A stretch of DNA of 63,859 nt, filler included, from Octopus bimaculoides (lineage: Eukaryota): NCBI RefSeq assembly GCF_001194135.2. It is 5 parts of 5 records of this genome, joined end to end, with 100 filler letters (N's around TTAATTAATTAA, not from the genome) between each part and the next. Parts side by side here need not be neighbours in the genome. Positions count along the whole stretch, not along the records: positions 1 to 8,834 come from NC_069006.1; positions 8,935 to 25,259 come from NC_069001.1; 3 more parts are not named here. One strand, given 5' to 3'. This document shows, piece after piece, positions 1-11,203 of this stretch (the first letter of the stretch is position 1; every line of letters begins with the position of its first letter). Both the position numbers and the translations under genes were made by a program. The notes below the pieces were generated by a model. That model searched no databases and was not told the DNA's origin. It saw nothing but the letters and a program-made list of their open reading frames with translations.

Positions 1-143
1 TTGTGTTACATGGTTAAAGTATATATTTAAATTATGTCAGAAAAATGTTAGAAAAATGTTAGAAAAATGTTATAAAATCTTTTTGGTATATAAAAACATT
101 TTTCTGACATAATTTAGATATATACTTTAACCATGTAACACAA
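1..143. repeat. Long inverted repeat (foldback), left arm cut by window edge
   Basis: 1-49 (ttgtgttacatggttaaagtatatatttaaattatgtcagaaaaatgtt) is the reverse complement of 95-143 with one mismatch; the spacer holds further agaaaaatgtt copies. Confidence 0.85.
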
Positions 144-198
144 GCCTTCTGTAGTTTTTTCACTCTTATTATCTTTTATATATATATATATATATATA

Positions 199-330
199 CC
201 GTATTTAACGTGTATAAGGAATCGCCCTTAACTTTTGGAAAAAAGGTTTTGTAAGGGATTATGATACTATCCATATTTTCTAAACCTAATTTTTGACAAA
301 AATGGCTTCCTTATGCAAGTTAAAATACGA
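199..330. mobile_element. Small MITE, Tc1/mariner-pogo (Tc2/Kanga-like) termini
   Basis: Left end TA|ccgtatttaacgtgtataaggaa and right end ttccttatgcaagttaaaatacg are imperfect inverted copies; CCGTA termini are typical of Tc2-type elements. Confidence 0.55.
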
Positions 331-723
331 GATATCACAAGTAAATACGAGAGTTATAGTATTATCAAAATACCATCGTTAGTAGCAGCGAATACCAGCC
401 GAACATGCAAAGTTAATAAAATGTATATATATAAGATATATACATACATACATACATACATATATATATAAATATATATATATATNNNNNNNNNNNNNNN
501 NNNNNNNNNNNNNNNNNNNNNNNNNNNNNNNNNNNNNNNNNNNNNNNNNNNNNNNNNNNNNNNNNNNNNNNNNNNNNNNNNNNNNTTTTTTTTTTTTTTT
601 TTCATGATAAGTCCTGGGTATTGGTTTGTTCGACTAAACCCTTGAAAGCGGCGCTCCAGCATGGTTGCAGTCTAATGACTCAAACAAGCTGAACAATAAA
701 ACGATAAAACGATAGTCCCTTAA

Positions 724-1451
724 CCTTTCGTGAATCCAAAGCATTTTTCATAAATATGTCTTAATCATTAATGCTTCTTTTCAGAATTTTGGTTAATCCT
801 TGCTTCATACGTTCTGAGTAATATAAAAGCTTTCCTGGAAAAAAAATAGGTGGGTAATGTGTATCATATACGGTGCATGGATGGCAAGGAAATATGTTCT
901 GGAAACATGCAAAAGATTAAGTCATTTTTGAAGGAGGAGCTAATCTTATTTAACAGCTATTTAATCCATTGCCTGTCCAAAACATTTTCATAATTTTGTC
1001 CAAACCGTTAATGCTTGTTTTCAAATTTTTAATTAACCCTGTATCATACGTTCTTAGTAATATATAAGCTTTCCTTTCATAAGTCGCAAGTTATTCCGGT
1101 GGTTGAAAAAAGAATTGGGAATGTGCATCATATATAATTCATGGATGCCAGGGAAATCTGTCTTGTGTATCATATATAATACACAGAACAGTCAAAAGTT
1201 AAGCCATCTCTGAAGGAACAGCTAATCTTATTTAACATACTTATCCAAAGTATTTTCATAAGTCTTTCCTAAATGTCCATGCTTGTGTTCAGACTTTTAG
1301 TTAGTCCTGTGTTTCACATATGTTCTCAGAAATATAAAAGTTTATTTCATAAAACTCAAGTTATGTTGGTGGTTGAAAGAAAAAAGGGAATATGTATCAT
1401 ATACGATGCGTGGATGCCAAGGAAATATGTCTTGTGCATTATACGAAAGGG
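724..1451. mobile_element. piggyBac-like MITE containing three diverged ~250-bp tandem units
   Basis: ttaa|cctttcgt at left, acgaaaggg at right. The motifs ttttcataa, catacgttct.agtaatat, catggatg.ca.ggaaat and gctaatcttatttaaca recur with ~250-bp period (~736, ~976, ~1245). The right-hand TTAA is not intact. Confidence 0.5.
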
Positions 1452-1766
1452 TACCCAAAAATAATCGGAAACGTTCTCTGTGGGACATGCCCATTGTAGT
1501 TCAGGCTTCCACTGTGCATCACATGTGATAGGCTGGAGAGTTAAAGGGTTAAATTTTTACAGAATCGTGTTGATTTAAAAGAAAACCCATTGAGAATTCT
1601 TTAATTACAATTTTTTAATTTCCTCGTTTCCTTTGTTAATTGTTACCAAACTATGAATTTTAATAAAATTGTGACGTTAAATTTGTCTTTACGCTTCGGT
1701 CGTTTTTTTCTGTTAGAGGCTGACATTTAAGTACCATCAATTCTTTAAAAAAATCAACATCATCGT

Positions 1767-1896
1767 CATCATCATCATCATTGACGTCTTCAACATCATC
1801 ACAATCATTGCCATCATCACCATTGTCAATATCACCACCACCACCACCACCACCACCACCACCACCACCACCACCACCACCACCACCACAACCACC
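1767..1896. repeat. (CAT)n/(CAC)n microsatellite
   Basis: Direct reading. Confidence 0.95.
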
Positions 1897-2204
1897 ACCT
1901 TTCGCGGTGATTAGAGGCTAGGGAATGTGTGCGCCAGGGCGCGTACCCAAGCATCTGAGGACTAGTGTGAAGTGACAGTCATCTTCACCTTGTTTTTTAT
2001 GCTTGTGGGGATGTTTTATGCACCTTTGAGTTCTTAAACACCCAACGTAACATGCTGGTTGGTAGCACAACATAGTTACAAGGTGTCCGGTATTGTTCCT
2101 GCACCCGGATGAACTCTTAACCAGGCGATTTCAGGGCAGAAAACCTGGGGGTTCCAACCAGAAACATCTACGTCATTCTCGATTCTTTGACACAGAATAT
2201 TGGT

Positions 2205-2418
2205 TTCAAATTATAGCACAAGGCCAGCCATTTCAGGAGGAAGAAGTAAGTCGATTATATCAACCCCAACGCTGAAGTGCTACATATTTCTTCAACCTCG
2301 AAAGAATGAAAGGCAAAATCGACCTCAGCGGAATTCGAACGCAGAACGTAAAGACGGACGGACGAAATGCTGCCAAGCATTTTTCCGGTGTGCTAACTAG
2401 TCTGCCCAGCTCGTCGCG
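2205..2418 (-). mobile_element. tRNA-derived SINE (octopus-type, CORE-like body)
   Basis: Reverse complement of the head gcgagctggcagaatcgttagcac...gttcgaattcc (A/B-box-like) plus the tttcattctttcg..ggt body; same family as 6934-7110. Confidence 0.8.
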
Positions 2419-3029
2419 TTAATGACACAATGTCATATAGTAAACAGCTGTGTGACTGTAAATTTAATGTGACAGTAAATAACAATAAAATTGCTGAACC
2501 TGAAATAATGGTTACTATACATAATCGTAAGTATGTGAAGAGACAATAGCTATAAAAACTGTGGGTATTTTAATGCTTGTTGCTATTAAAATGTTTGAGC
2601 ATCTGTTCAAAATATTTTATATAATAAAGCAAAATTTATTATAGAATTTATTATAGAATAAAGTTCTTCATTACATGTTCGTAATACACCATACATCAGT
2701 TTTGTTACAAAACCATAGTTGTTTAACTCTTAAACTTCCATACTTCCTGAAATCCGCCAACTGTACACCTGATGGCCTTTTTATTTTTAGTTGTAGTGTA
2801 CCTGAGTACTGTATACAACAATTTCCTTCATTATATTATGTCAATGCATGTGTCTGTATGTGTATGCTTGTGTATGTACGGGGTACCTGATGGTCTTCAC
2901 CCCACTATCTTCCCCATCTCATTCGTTCTCTCTTTCTCATGCCCGTTCGCTATCGTTCTTAATTTGTCATCATCATGTTGACATGTATAATTCATCCTTC
3001 ATCGAGATTTACAAGGTAGACAATTGTTA

Positions 3030-3430
3030 GAAGAACTGTGGCTACTTGCATTACGCAAGAGCGGTTGGAATTAATGGGTGTGGATTTTGAAAGTGGTATA
3101 AAGTCCGTGATTCTATCACAAAAACCATAAAGTTTTTCTAATTGGTTGGTCAACTTTGCGCAGATGGCAAAACCAACACACCCACTATCCGCTCGTTTTT
3201 TATCCTTTGGTATACTCGTCGAAAAAGAAGGTGTATCTAGCACAAATTTTTACTCAACTGATCTTCGTCGCGCAACCGAGTTTCTGAGAGTTCTGTAATA
3301 TCGTTGAAGTACCGAGTTAACTCTTTCATTTTTATGTCAGTTCGTCGTTCATGGAAACTCGTCACTTCGCGATCAAGAACTGTCTGGATATTCCACATTC
3401 TCACCTTTAATCGCACACTCTTCAAAATAC
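3030..3430 (-). pseudogene. RTE-clade LINE AP-endonuclease N-terminal remnant
   Basis: Translation WNIQT...ELTRYFNDITELSETRL...SGCVGFAI matches APE motifs of RTE elements; disrupted by stops and frameshifts. Confidence 0.75.
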
Positions 3431-3448
3431 TGGAACTCCTGAACCAGG

Positions 3449-3537
3449 GGCCCCGCTAGCCAAATGGCCCCGCTAGCCAAATGGCCCCGCTAGCCAAATG
3501 GCCCCGCTAGCCAAATGGCCCCGTTAGCCAAATGGCC
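3449..3537. repeat. 17-bp GC-rich minisatellite (ggccccgctagccaaat) x5
   Basis: Four perfect copies, one copy with a single substitution, and a partial copy. Confidence 0.95.
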
Positions 3538-3869
3538 ACCGTACGAATACATAGTACAGGATTAGCTTACTCTTTTTGCCTTTTGGCTTGTTTAAGTCAT
3601 TGGACTGCGGCCATGCTGGGGCACCGCTTTGGTCGGATCGAACACTAAAGAGAAATTATGTCTAAAACTAGAAATGATGAACAACAGAAATAGCTTCAAC
3701 AAATAAAACGTAGAGTAATCCATCACAGGCATTCTAGAAATAGATAGAAGCATCAATATATGTCTCCAAAATAGCCCAAATAATCTGCGCAGATATTTTA
3801 AATATTTAACATCAACAAACAAAAGGCGCATATAGATTATAGATTATAATAATAATAATGATAATAATC

Positions 3870-4290
3870 CTTTCTACTATAGGTAGAAAGCCTAAAATTG
3901 TGGGAGGGGAATAGTCGATTATATCGACCGCAGTGTTTCACTGGTATTTTATCTATCGACCCCGAAATGATGAAAGGCAAAGTCAATCTCGGTGGAATTT
4001 GAACTCAGGATGTAACGACAAGCGAAATACGCTAAGCATTCCGTCCAGCGTGCTAACGATTCTGCCAGCTCCCTACCTTAATAACAACAACAACAACAAC
4101 AACAACAATAATAATATGGATTCCGACTACCTCCAAGAGGGTTAATCGGTTACATTGACCCCAATGTTTGGCTGATACTTTATTTTATCGATCCCGAAAG
4201 ATGGAAGGCATTCGAACTCAGCACGTTAAGAACCGGAAGAAATGCCGCTTCAGTATTTTGTCAGGCGCAGGAACACTTTTGTCAGCTCGC
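3870..4290 (-). mobile_element. Two adjacent tRNA-derived SINE copies (~3870-4077 and ~4140-4290)
   Basis: Same reverse-complement head and body as 2205-2418, separated by an (AAC)n tract. Confidence 0.75.
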
Positions 4291-4981
4291 AGCTTTAATA
4301 TTACTTATAATAGACGGGCGTTTTGTCCAAGAAAAAAATGTCTTTCTCTTCAGCTTCTAAAGGCTACGCAAGTTGGAATTAAGTATCTGCCTTAAATAAT
4401 TCTACTTGAAGCAACTACTTAATTCCAAAAAGGATTCGACATCATCGCCATCGGTTTTATTTCGTATCCATGAATTTAGTTTTTTCTTTGCTGAACGGTT
4501 CCTTTGTGGTGAAGCCGTTGATGACTCTGTAGACCAGTTCTTGCATAGAAGAGTCAATGGCAGTGACAGCATAGCAATGTTGTTGGAGGACAAGGTTGAT
4601 TTTGTGGAGCCTTTCTCTCCTGTCGTTTGATTTCTTCCTTGTCTCTTCCAGTGGCTTCGAAGTCTTTGATTCCGATGCTGAAAGAACACCGCAACTTGGT
4701 ACGGTTTCAGGTTTGTGTTTCAAAAAATTTAAGCTCAATTCCAATGGCTTTTAGTGTTGTTTTGAGTTGGTCCTTAAGTCTTCGAAGGATTGAGTTATCG
4801 AAAAATTAAAAGAAACATTTGGTTCACTAATTGACCCTTTAGGAGAGGCGGTAGAATACGAAACCGTACCTCCGGTCGAGGATTACAAAGACATAATACA
4901 GTACCTGAACTAGTAAATATAGTACGTAAAATTTTTAATGATGAAAATTTGATAAAAAAACTGAAGCTAAAAGCAGTTAAA

Positions 4982-5199
4982 TGTAACCACCCGAGAGTGG
5001 GGTTCGAGTAGCCATTTCAGCTTCATTTTTATATAATTTTACCTTTCATCCATTTCATGTTTTTGTCCCCACTTGTATTGCTCTGTCTGTCCTTGTGCCG
5101 TCCACTCTGTGTTACGGGTCTTTGTGCCTAATACAGAATTAAGTTCACTGTGAACCTTTGATATAGAGCAGTGAGTCTCGGGTAATAGTGTGTCGTACA
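4982..5199. mobile_element. Possible solo LTR
   Basis: TGTAAC...GTACA termini; shares the ccac.cg..agtgggg..cgagt.g..ccattt start with 9176-9350. No TSD seen. Confidence 0.35.
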
Positions 5200-5988
5200 T
5201 ATACTTTCTTTCTCACTGCTTCGTTATATTATATATCCTTGATATAAAAGAAACAAAGCCTGAGAAATGAATGCTTCATGAAATAGGTTAACTAAATATT
5301 TTCTTCTTTGTCGCGCTTTTCAGTACAGTTTATTGAGAATATATCCTGCTACAGTCCGGTAGAAACAACCAGTTTGAATTGCGGTGAAGATAAGACGTTT
5401 TATCTCGCACCTGCCGAAATTTCATTCCACCTTAATTTTCACGAAGTTTACTAATTTAATTATTTCTCATACGCAATTAATTATCTAAATAGTATTCAAT
5501 GTCTTATTTTTAAAATAGGTAGAAATGAGCAAATATATTTTATCAATTTAGGATTAACTCGTTTATTAGCTGTAGCCTAAAAATTATGAATCAAAAAGTA
5601 ATTAAGTACTAATTTATATATAATGTATTGATTTAATTAATAATTAAGTATTTAGCACAAATAGAATTAGCTTTATTTGAGCACGGGAAGATAAATTGAT
5701 TAAGGTAAAAAATTAATGTTAAGGATTAGATTATTGGAATAATTAAAGCGATCTCCCGCTTTACAAAAATATCGGAGAAATCAGAAATCAGATACAGAAA
5801 CTGTAACCCCAAAACCTGTTCATCTGGGAAACAAAGAAGAAAAAAATGGGAATTAAGCTCCGAAAGAAAGGAGGGGGTGAAGGGAATAACGGGATTAATA
5901 TTGAACCCATAAATCTGAGCTAAGTGAACGTTATAAAAATGAATTTAGATCCTACAAGAAAGTTTTCATTTTCATATAATCCAGAAAT

Positions 5989-6510
5989 AGGCGCAGGCGT
6001 GGCTGTGTGGTAAAAAGCTTGCTTCCCAACCACATGATTTCGGGTTCAGTCCCACTGCATGGCACCTTGGGCAGGTGTCTTCTATAGCCTCGGGTTGACC
6101 AAAACCTTGTGAGTAGATTTTGTTGACGGAAACTGAAAGAAGCCCGTCATATATATATATATATACTCTTAGTTGTTTTAGTGATTTGCCTGCAGCGAAG
6201 CTAGCTGGATCACTGCCTTAGAGAGATTTTTAGTCGAACAATCGACCCCGGGACTTATTTTTTAAGCTTAGTACTTATTCTATCGGACTATTTTGCTGAA
6301 CCGCTAAGTTACGGGGACGTGAACACACCAGCACGGGTTGTCAAGCGGTGATTGGGAGGACGAACACAGACCTAAAGAGACACACGCACAAACACACACA
6401 CATATATATTACATACGACGGACCTCTTTTACTTTCCGTCTACCATATCCACTCATGGCTTTGGTCGGCCAAAGGCTATAGTAGAAGACATCTGCCGAAA
6501 GTGTCACGCA
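5989..6510. mobile_element. Octopus OK-type tRNA-derived SINEs: + copy (~5989-6150) and - copy (~6170-6510)
   Basis: ggcgcaggcgtggctgtgtggtaa...gggttcagtccc...ggaaactgaaagaagcccgtc consensus seen many times in the window. Confidence 0.8.
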
Positions 6511-6732
6511 GATGAACGAAACAGCCATGTTTCCAAAGGTGAATTATTCAAACTCCAAAGAATTCCTCTCAACACATGTCTATGATGCTCTCCCACTACT
6601 CTTGCTCGTGATCAGAGATGCTCAACTGGTTAAGGTCAAACAACTGACAAGCAAATCTGTGGTACTGAGCAGAATATTTGCTGTCGCCCTTCTTTAATAC
6701 CAAGACAAAACAATAGAGAGAGAGCCACTGTC

Positions 6733-6886
<154 letters not shown>

Positions 6887-6933
6887 GAGGGCAGCGAGAT
6901 TCCAGTAGAACGGATTATTATCATTGTTACATG

Positions 6934-7110
6934 AGGGCGGCGAGCTGGCGAAATCGTTAGCGCGCCGGACGAAATGCTTAGCGATATTTAGTCTGTCGCT
7001 ACGTTCTGAGTTCAAATTCCGTCGAAGTCGACTTTACCTTTCATCCTCTCTTGGTCGATAAAATAAGTGCCAGTTGAACACTAGGGTCGATGTAATCGGT
7101 TTATTATTGT
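6934..7110 (+). mobile_element. tRNA-derived SINE
   Basis: gggcggcgagctggcgaaatcgttagc...gagttcaaattcc...tttcatcc...ggtcgataaaataagt. Confidence 0.85.
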
Positions 7111-7486
7111 TGTTGTTATTGTCGTTGTGAATAGTATATATGATAATGTCAATTTGCAGATAAAAGCAGAACATTTTTGCAATGATAACCGAAATGACGG
7201 TGATAAATCTACCTCCGGTGGGATAAATTCACACGTTTCGTCACTCTGCCGAAAGCCAATCAAATCATCCACAAAATAGTAGTAGTAGTAGTAGTAGTAG
7301 TGGTGGGGTGGATCGTAGTGGCTGTTGTGGTTGTCTATAAACTATAAAGTCCTGTTTGTCGGTTACGTCATTTCCTCATACGTATGTATGTATATATGTG
7401 TGTATGTAGACGTATATATTCAATATATTCTTACAAATGCATACATCTGTAAGTGTGTGTGAAAAACATATACACATGCATAGATG

Positions 7487-7523
<37 letters not shown>

Positions 7524-7739
7524 TTATATGTATATAATATACAAACATAAACCAATAAATATACATAGATATGGATATATATAGATACAGATATATGTGT
7601 GTCTGTTTGTCTGGTTCTGTGTGTGTGTGTGTGGTATAAGTATGTATATATAAAGAGTGAAGACGTATCGACGACAGATATATCAGGAAGAAAGCAGTGT
7701 GACACAAGACCTCGGTTTGAAATTTCATTTTTCACTCAG

Positions 7740-7787
7740 ACAAAATCATGGAGAATCTATTTTACTTTTTCTTGGCCCTTTCCGTTG
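7740..7787 (+). CDS. Candidate first coding exon encoding a signal peptide (MENLFYFFLALSV-G, phase 1)
   Basis: Pyrimidine tract plus AG (tttcatttttcactcag) ending at 7739, ATG at 7748 in aaaatcATGG context, hydrophobic codons, consensus donor G|GTGAGT at 7788. A TATATAAA lies ~95 bp upstream of the ATG. Confidence 0.55.
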
Positions 7788-7908
7788 GTGAGTAGAAATA
7801 TTTCTGGCGAGGGATGGAGTAAGTTTTATGGGTCGGTTTCACGGGAACGAACGAATATTCTGGAATGCAATATGGAAGGATATTACTACGGCACCAATGT
7901 GAGTATGT

Positions 7909-7993
<85 letters not shown>

Positions 7994-8282
7994 AGTGTGT
8001 GCCTGTGTATGTATGTTTATGTGTACATGTAGGTATGTAAATATGTATATGTGTGTATGTCATTGTTCACTTTTATTTCATGATTTCTTGCCAATAGAGA
8101 AAGAACCGGTTTTTAACCTAGTTCCAAGGCTCCTTCATTGAAATTTCAACATCAACAACAGGGTATTTTTGTATGTATGTATGTATGTATGTATGTATGT
8201 ATGTATGTATACGTGCAGATTTGTTTTGTTTTATGTATGTATTCTCATGTATATACTTGCATATCAAGACATGCTCTTATGT

Positions 8283-8615
8283 ATTTAAATGATAAACGTT
8301 TGGAAAGCCTTACAGATTTTTACAGTTCCAGTGATGGATTGGATCTGTAGTCTTCGAATTAGCTTTCTCCTTTCTGGTTTTGAGAAGCCTAATTTCTCAA
8401 GATTGGTATTTAGGCAGAATGTTACATATCCCAGGAACCCAACAATTACAGGTATAAATCTGAACTTCTATTCTGGATAGAGTAACTGCAGATTACTCAA
8501 TAGTTCAGCATAGGTGTTCTCTTTTTCGCTGCTCTTCAGCTTTATGTTAACGTCAACTGGGCGGCTAATTTCCACAACTATGCAATTTCTCTATGCACAG
8601 TTTCTCTTCTCCTAG
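8283..8615 (-). pseudogene. R2/R4-group non-LTR retrotransposon restriction-like endonuclease C-terminal remnant
   Basis: Reads IVVEISRPVDVNIKLKSSEKENTYAELL...FIPVIVGFLGYV...LQIQSITGTVKICK, the typical REL tail; one stop. Confidence 0.7.
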
Positions 8616-8939
8616 TTACAACATACATACACGCATACATACCTACATACGTACTTACGTACATACATAAATACCTATGTGTGGATGGATGTATGGATGG
8701 ATGGATGGATATTAAGAATTAATGGAGTTTATTCCGAAGTTACAATGAAACTAGTTCTAAATCAGTTACCAGAGACCAGTATCGCAGTATCAGCTCGGAG
8801 TGGTAAGTATGAAATACACACACACACACACACANNNNNNNNNNNNNNNNNNNNNNNNNNNNNNNNNNNNNNNNNNNNTTAATTAATTAANNNNNNNNNN
8901 NNNNNNNNNNNNNNNNNNNNNNNNNNNNNNNNNNAAAAG

Positions 8940-8995
8940 GTATTTGCTGTCCACGGACCCCCTGTGGTCCGCGGACCACAGTTTGAAAACCCCTG
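8940..8995. mobile_element. hAT-type MITE terminus
   Basis: Reverse complement reads CAGGGGTTTTCAAACTGTGGTCCGCGGACC, a Charlie-like TIR; the other end is in the gap. Confidence 0.7.
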
Positions 8996-9175
8996 GGCTA
9001 TAACCTTTGAAAGAAGACGGGGTTGCTATAGTAAAGCAGTAAAACAGTATAAGATGAAAAGAAAATACACACATGTTCTTGGGAAGTGGACTGCAGCTGG
9101 AACTCACTCCCAGGTTTTACAACTTATGATAAGTGGTTAGAGGAGACGGGAATTGATCTTTCAAAAGGTAGAAAA

Positions 9176-9350
9176 TGAAGCCACTCGTAAGTGGGGCGAG
9201 TGGTTCCATTTCCATTTTTCATATTCATGTTTTCATGCATTATAACATACATTTTTGTTTTATTTTATGTTTTATGTCCCACATGTTTTACCGTTTTGTC
9301 CCCTATGTGTGTCCCAGTATGGGAAATATATAAAAAAAAAGCTCATTTTT
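9176..9350 (+). mobile_element. Possible 3' LTR remnant related to 4982-5199
   Basis: Shared 5' motif; preceded by purine-rich aaaaggtagaaaa (PPT-like). Confidence 0.3.
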
Positions 9351-9555
9351 TAGTTATGTAAGATGAGACTATATCATATCGTTTTAAAATTGTCGAAGTC
9401 GTGATTATAATGAGGTTTGGTTTTGATTTTTAGCTCCATCGAAGGGCTTGGAACAATACAAAATAAGCTAACCTCAGCAACAGAAATGAATTACAGTTAT
9501 GAGAAATAAAAGAAACAATAAAAGAGAGAGAGAGGGAGAGAAAGAGTATTCTTAC

Positions 9556-9608
9556 CTAATAAGTTCGTAATAACATGCTTGACCTCCAGTATAGATTATC
9601 CGCGTCTC
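9556..9608 (-). CDS. Candidate 53-nt internal exon (ETRIIYTGGQACYYELI-R, phase 0 to 2)
   Basis: Strong acceptor tttaactttcag|G and donor AG|GTAAGA; one fully open frame. Product not recognised. Confidence 0.4.
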
Positions 9609-9741
9609 CTGAAAGTTAAAAGTTGTTAAACAGGAATTTTTCAGAATGTAAATTAAACTGTCCAATCCACTGCAATTGAATAAAACTATGGTTCAAGTAC
9701 ATTTGCGAAAAAATTTCTCTTTTGAAATTTCAATTTTTAAA

Positions 9742-9955
9742 AAATTTTGGTAAATTTTCAGATTAGCATCCGCATGATGTTCACTAGGGTGTTATTGTTA
9801 GGATTTTAGGGTCAGGGTTAGGGTTACTGTTAGGGTTAAGGAATTCCGTCCCTAATCCTAACTGTAACCCTAACCCTAAAACTAACCTTAAAACCCTAAC
9901 CCTAATACTCTAGTGAAAATCGTGCAGGTGTTAATCTGAAAATTTACCAAAATTT
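9742..9955. mobile_element. Palindromic MITE-like element with inward-facing TTAGGG/CCCTAA repeats
   Basis: ~45-bp imperfect terminal inverted arms (aaattttggtaaattttcagatta.ca.c.gca.gat.ttcactag) followed by degenerate (TTAGGG)n on the left and (CCCTAA)n on the right. Confidence 0.8.
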
Positions 9956-10027
9956 CTTCCTTCCTCACTTTTCTGAAACTTATTTTTTAGTTTTGACTTT
10001 TTCTGAAAATTTATTCAAATTATTATC

Positions 10028-10331
10028 TGTAGTGTGATGGAGGAATAAGAAGCAAAAGGGAGAAAGAAATACAGTGACCTTACCTGTTGTCCGTGGCAGG
10101 ATGAGCGATCATTGACTGGATCAAAACATGACCTTTGACACGCGCCGTCTCTGCTCGAACTGCCTGCACGTGCTCGGTGTCCACGCATGCCCCTGTTTGC
10201 CTCATCTGCAATCCTCTCCACCAACACCACATAGCTCATCACAGTCCATAACACCACAAACACCACACGTCCCCCTGATCTACAGATCACTCAACCGGCT
10301 TTCCCACTCACTCCTCGCTCCCGAACTCACA
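10028..10331 (-). repeat. 3' LTR of the LTR retrotransposon
   Basis: Outer boundary TGTAG at 10028; inner boundary either CTACA (10284) or TCACA (10331), just past the pol stop codon. Confidence 0.55.
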
Positions 10332-10333
10332 CC

Positions 10334-11203
10334 TTAACTGGTTTCATAATCAGCCAACCAGGGAGGAGGGTGCTGCTTCCTCTGTGGTCGCTGTGTGACC
10401 CCGGGACTGGCCTGTGTTCCTGGAATGCTACTGCTAGCTTCATTTTCTTGCCTACTGCTGCTGTCTTCATCTTCTTGCTCACTGCTGCTGATTTTATCCT
10501 CTGAGGCATTGACAATCTTTTGCACACTCAAAACATGGCTTGGCATACCATCGACAGAGACGTTGTTCTTCGAATTGATGGAGGTTATTGTTCCCTTTCC
10601 CCATTGTGATGTACACCGTGCATTTGGTGGTTTTACCTAAACTTCTTCCCTGACCTGCACGAAGGCGTGCTCTTCCTCTCCCCCGGGTCTCACTGATGCA
10701 GTACACGGGTGCCTCCACTCGTACCTGAATATTGCCTTGTGTGGTACCAACTCCTCAGCCTGTCCTGACCTGGGCGACATATTGTACCAAAATACGGCCT
10801 CGATTGGTGAAATGTGGCCCCTCTCTGCCATGGTCTTGATGATACGATGATGCCTTTCCACCACTCCATTTCCACTTGGTCGGTATGCCGCCCTGAAGAA
10901 GCGGCTGACCTGCCACCCATCAAGCATTTCTTTCAGTACCTCCAAGTGAAATGCAGTGCCATTATCCAGAAGCAGCTCCTCCACGGGACCTCGTTCCAGG
11001 AATATCTCATTTAATACTCCCACGATTTCCTCTGCAGTCCCTGTCTTCATCTCCCTCCATATGGCCAACCGCAGTCAACTATTGAGAGGTACGTCCCCTG
11101 CTGGTAGTGTGTTATGTTCACTGCCAGTCATTTCCAGTTGTGGTTCACTTGAATACTTCCCACCTCATGTACGCCCGGAGCAGGGTCGATAGACTGGCAC
11201 CTG
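10334..11203 (-). pseudogene. pol: DDE integrase (frameshifted, stops)
   Basis: HHCC remnant (HTMHHMG...CQSIDP), core GPVEELLLDNGTAF...AAYRPSGNGVVERHHRIIK, tail QRPQRKQHPPPWLADYETS*. Confidence 0.9.

Noticed and set aside
3449-3537. CRISPR-like array
   Set aside because: Head-to-tail repeats with no spacers, in a eukaryotic context with no cas genes.
5989-6060. tRNA gene
   Set aside because: The tRNA-like head runs straight into a SINE body, with no complete cloverleaf; the same applies to the other copies.
8879-8890. TTAATTAATTAA islands between N runs (also ~25304, ~45345, ~57307)
   Set aside because: Identical 12-mer always embedded in Ns, with stop codons in all six frames; an assembly spacer, not biology.
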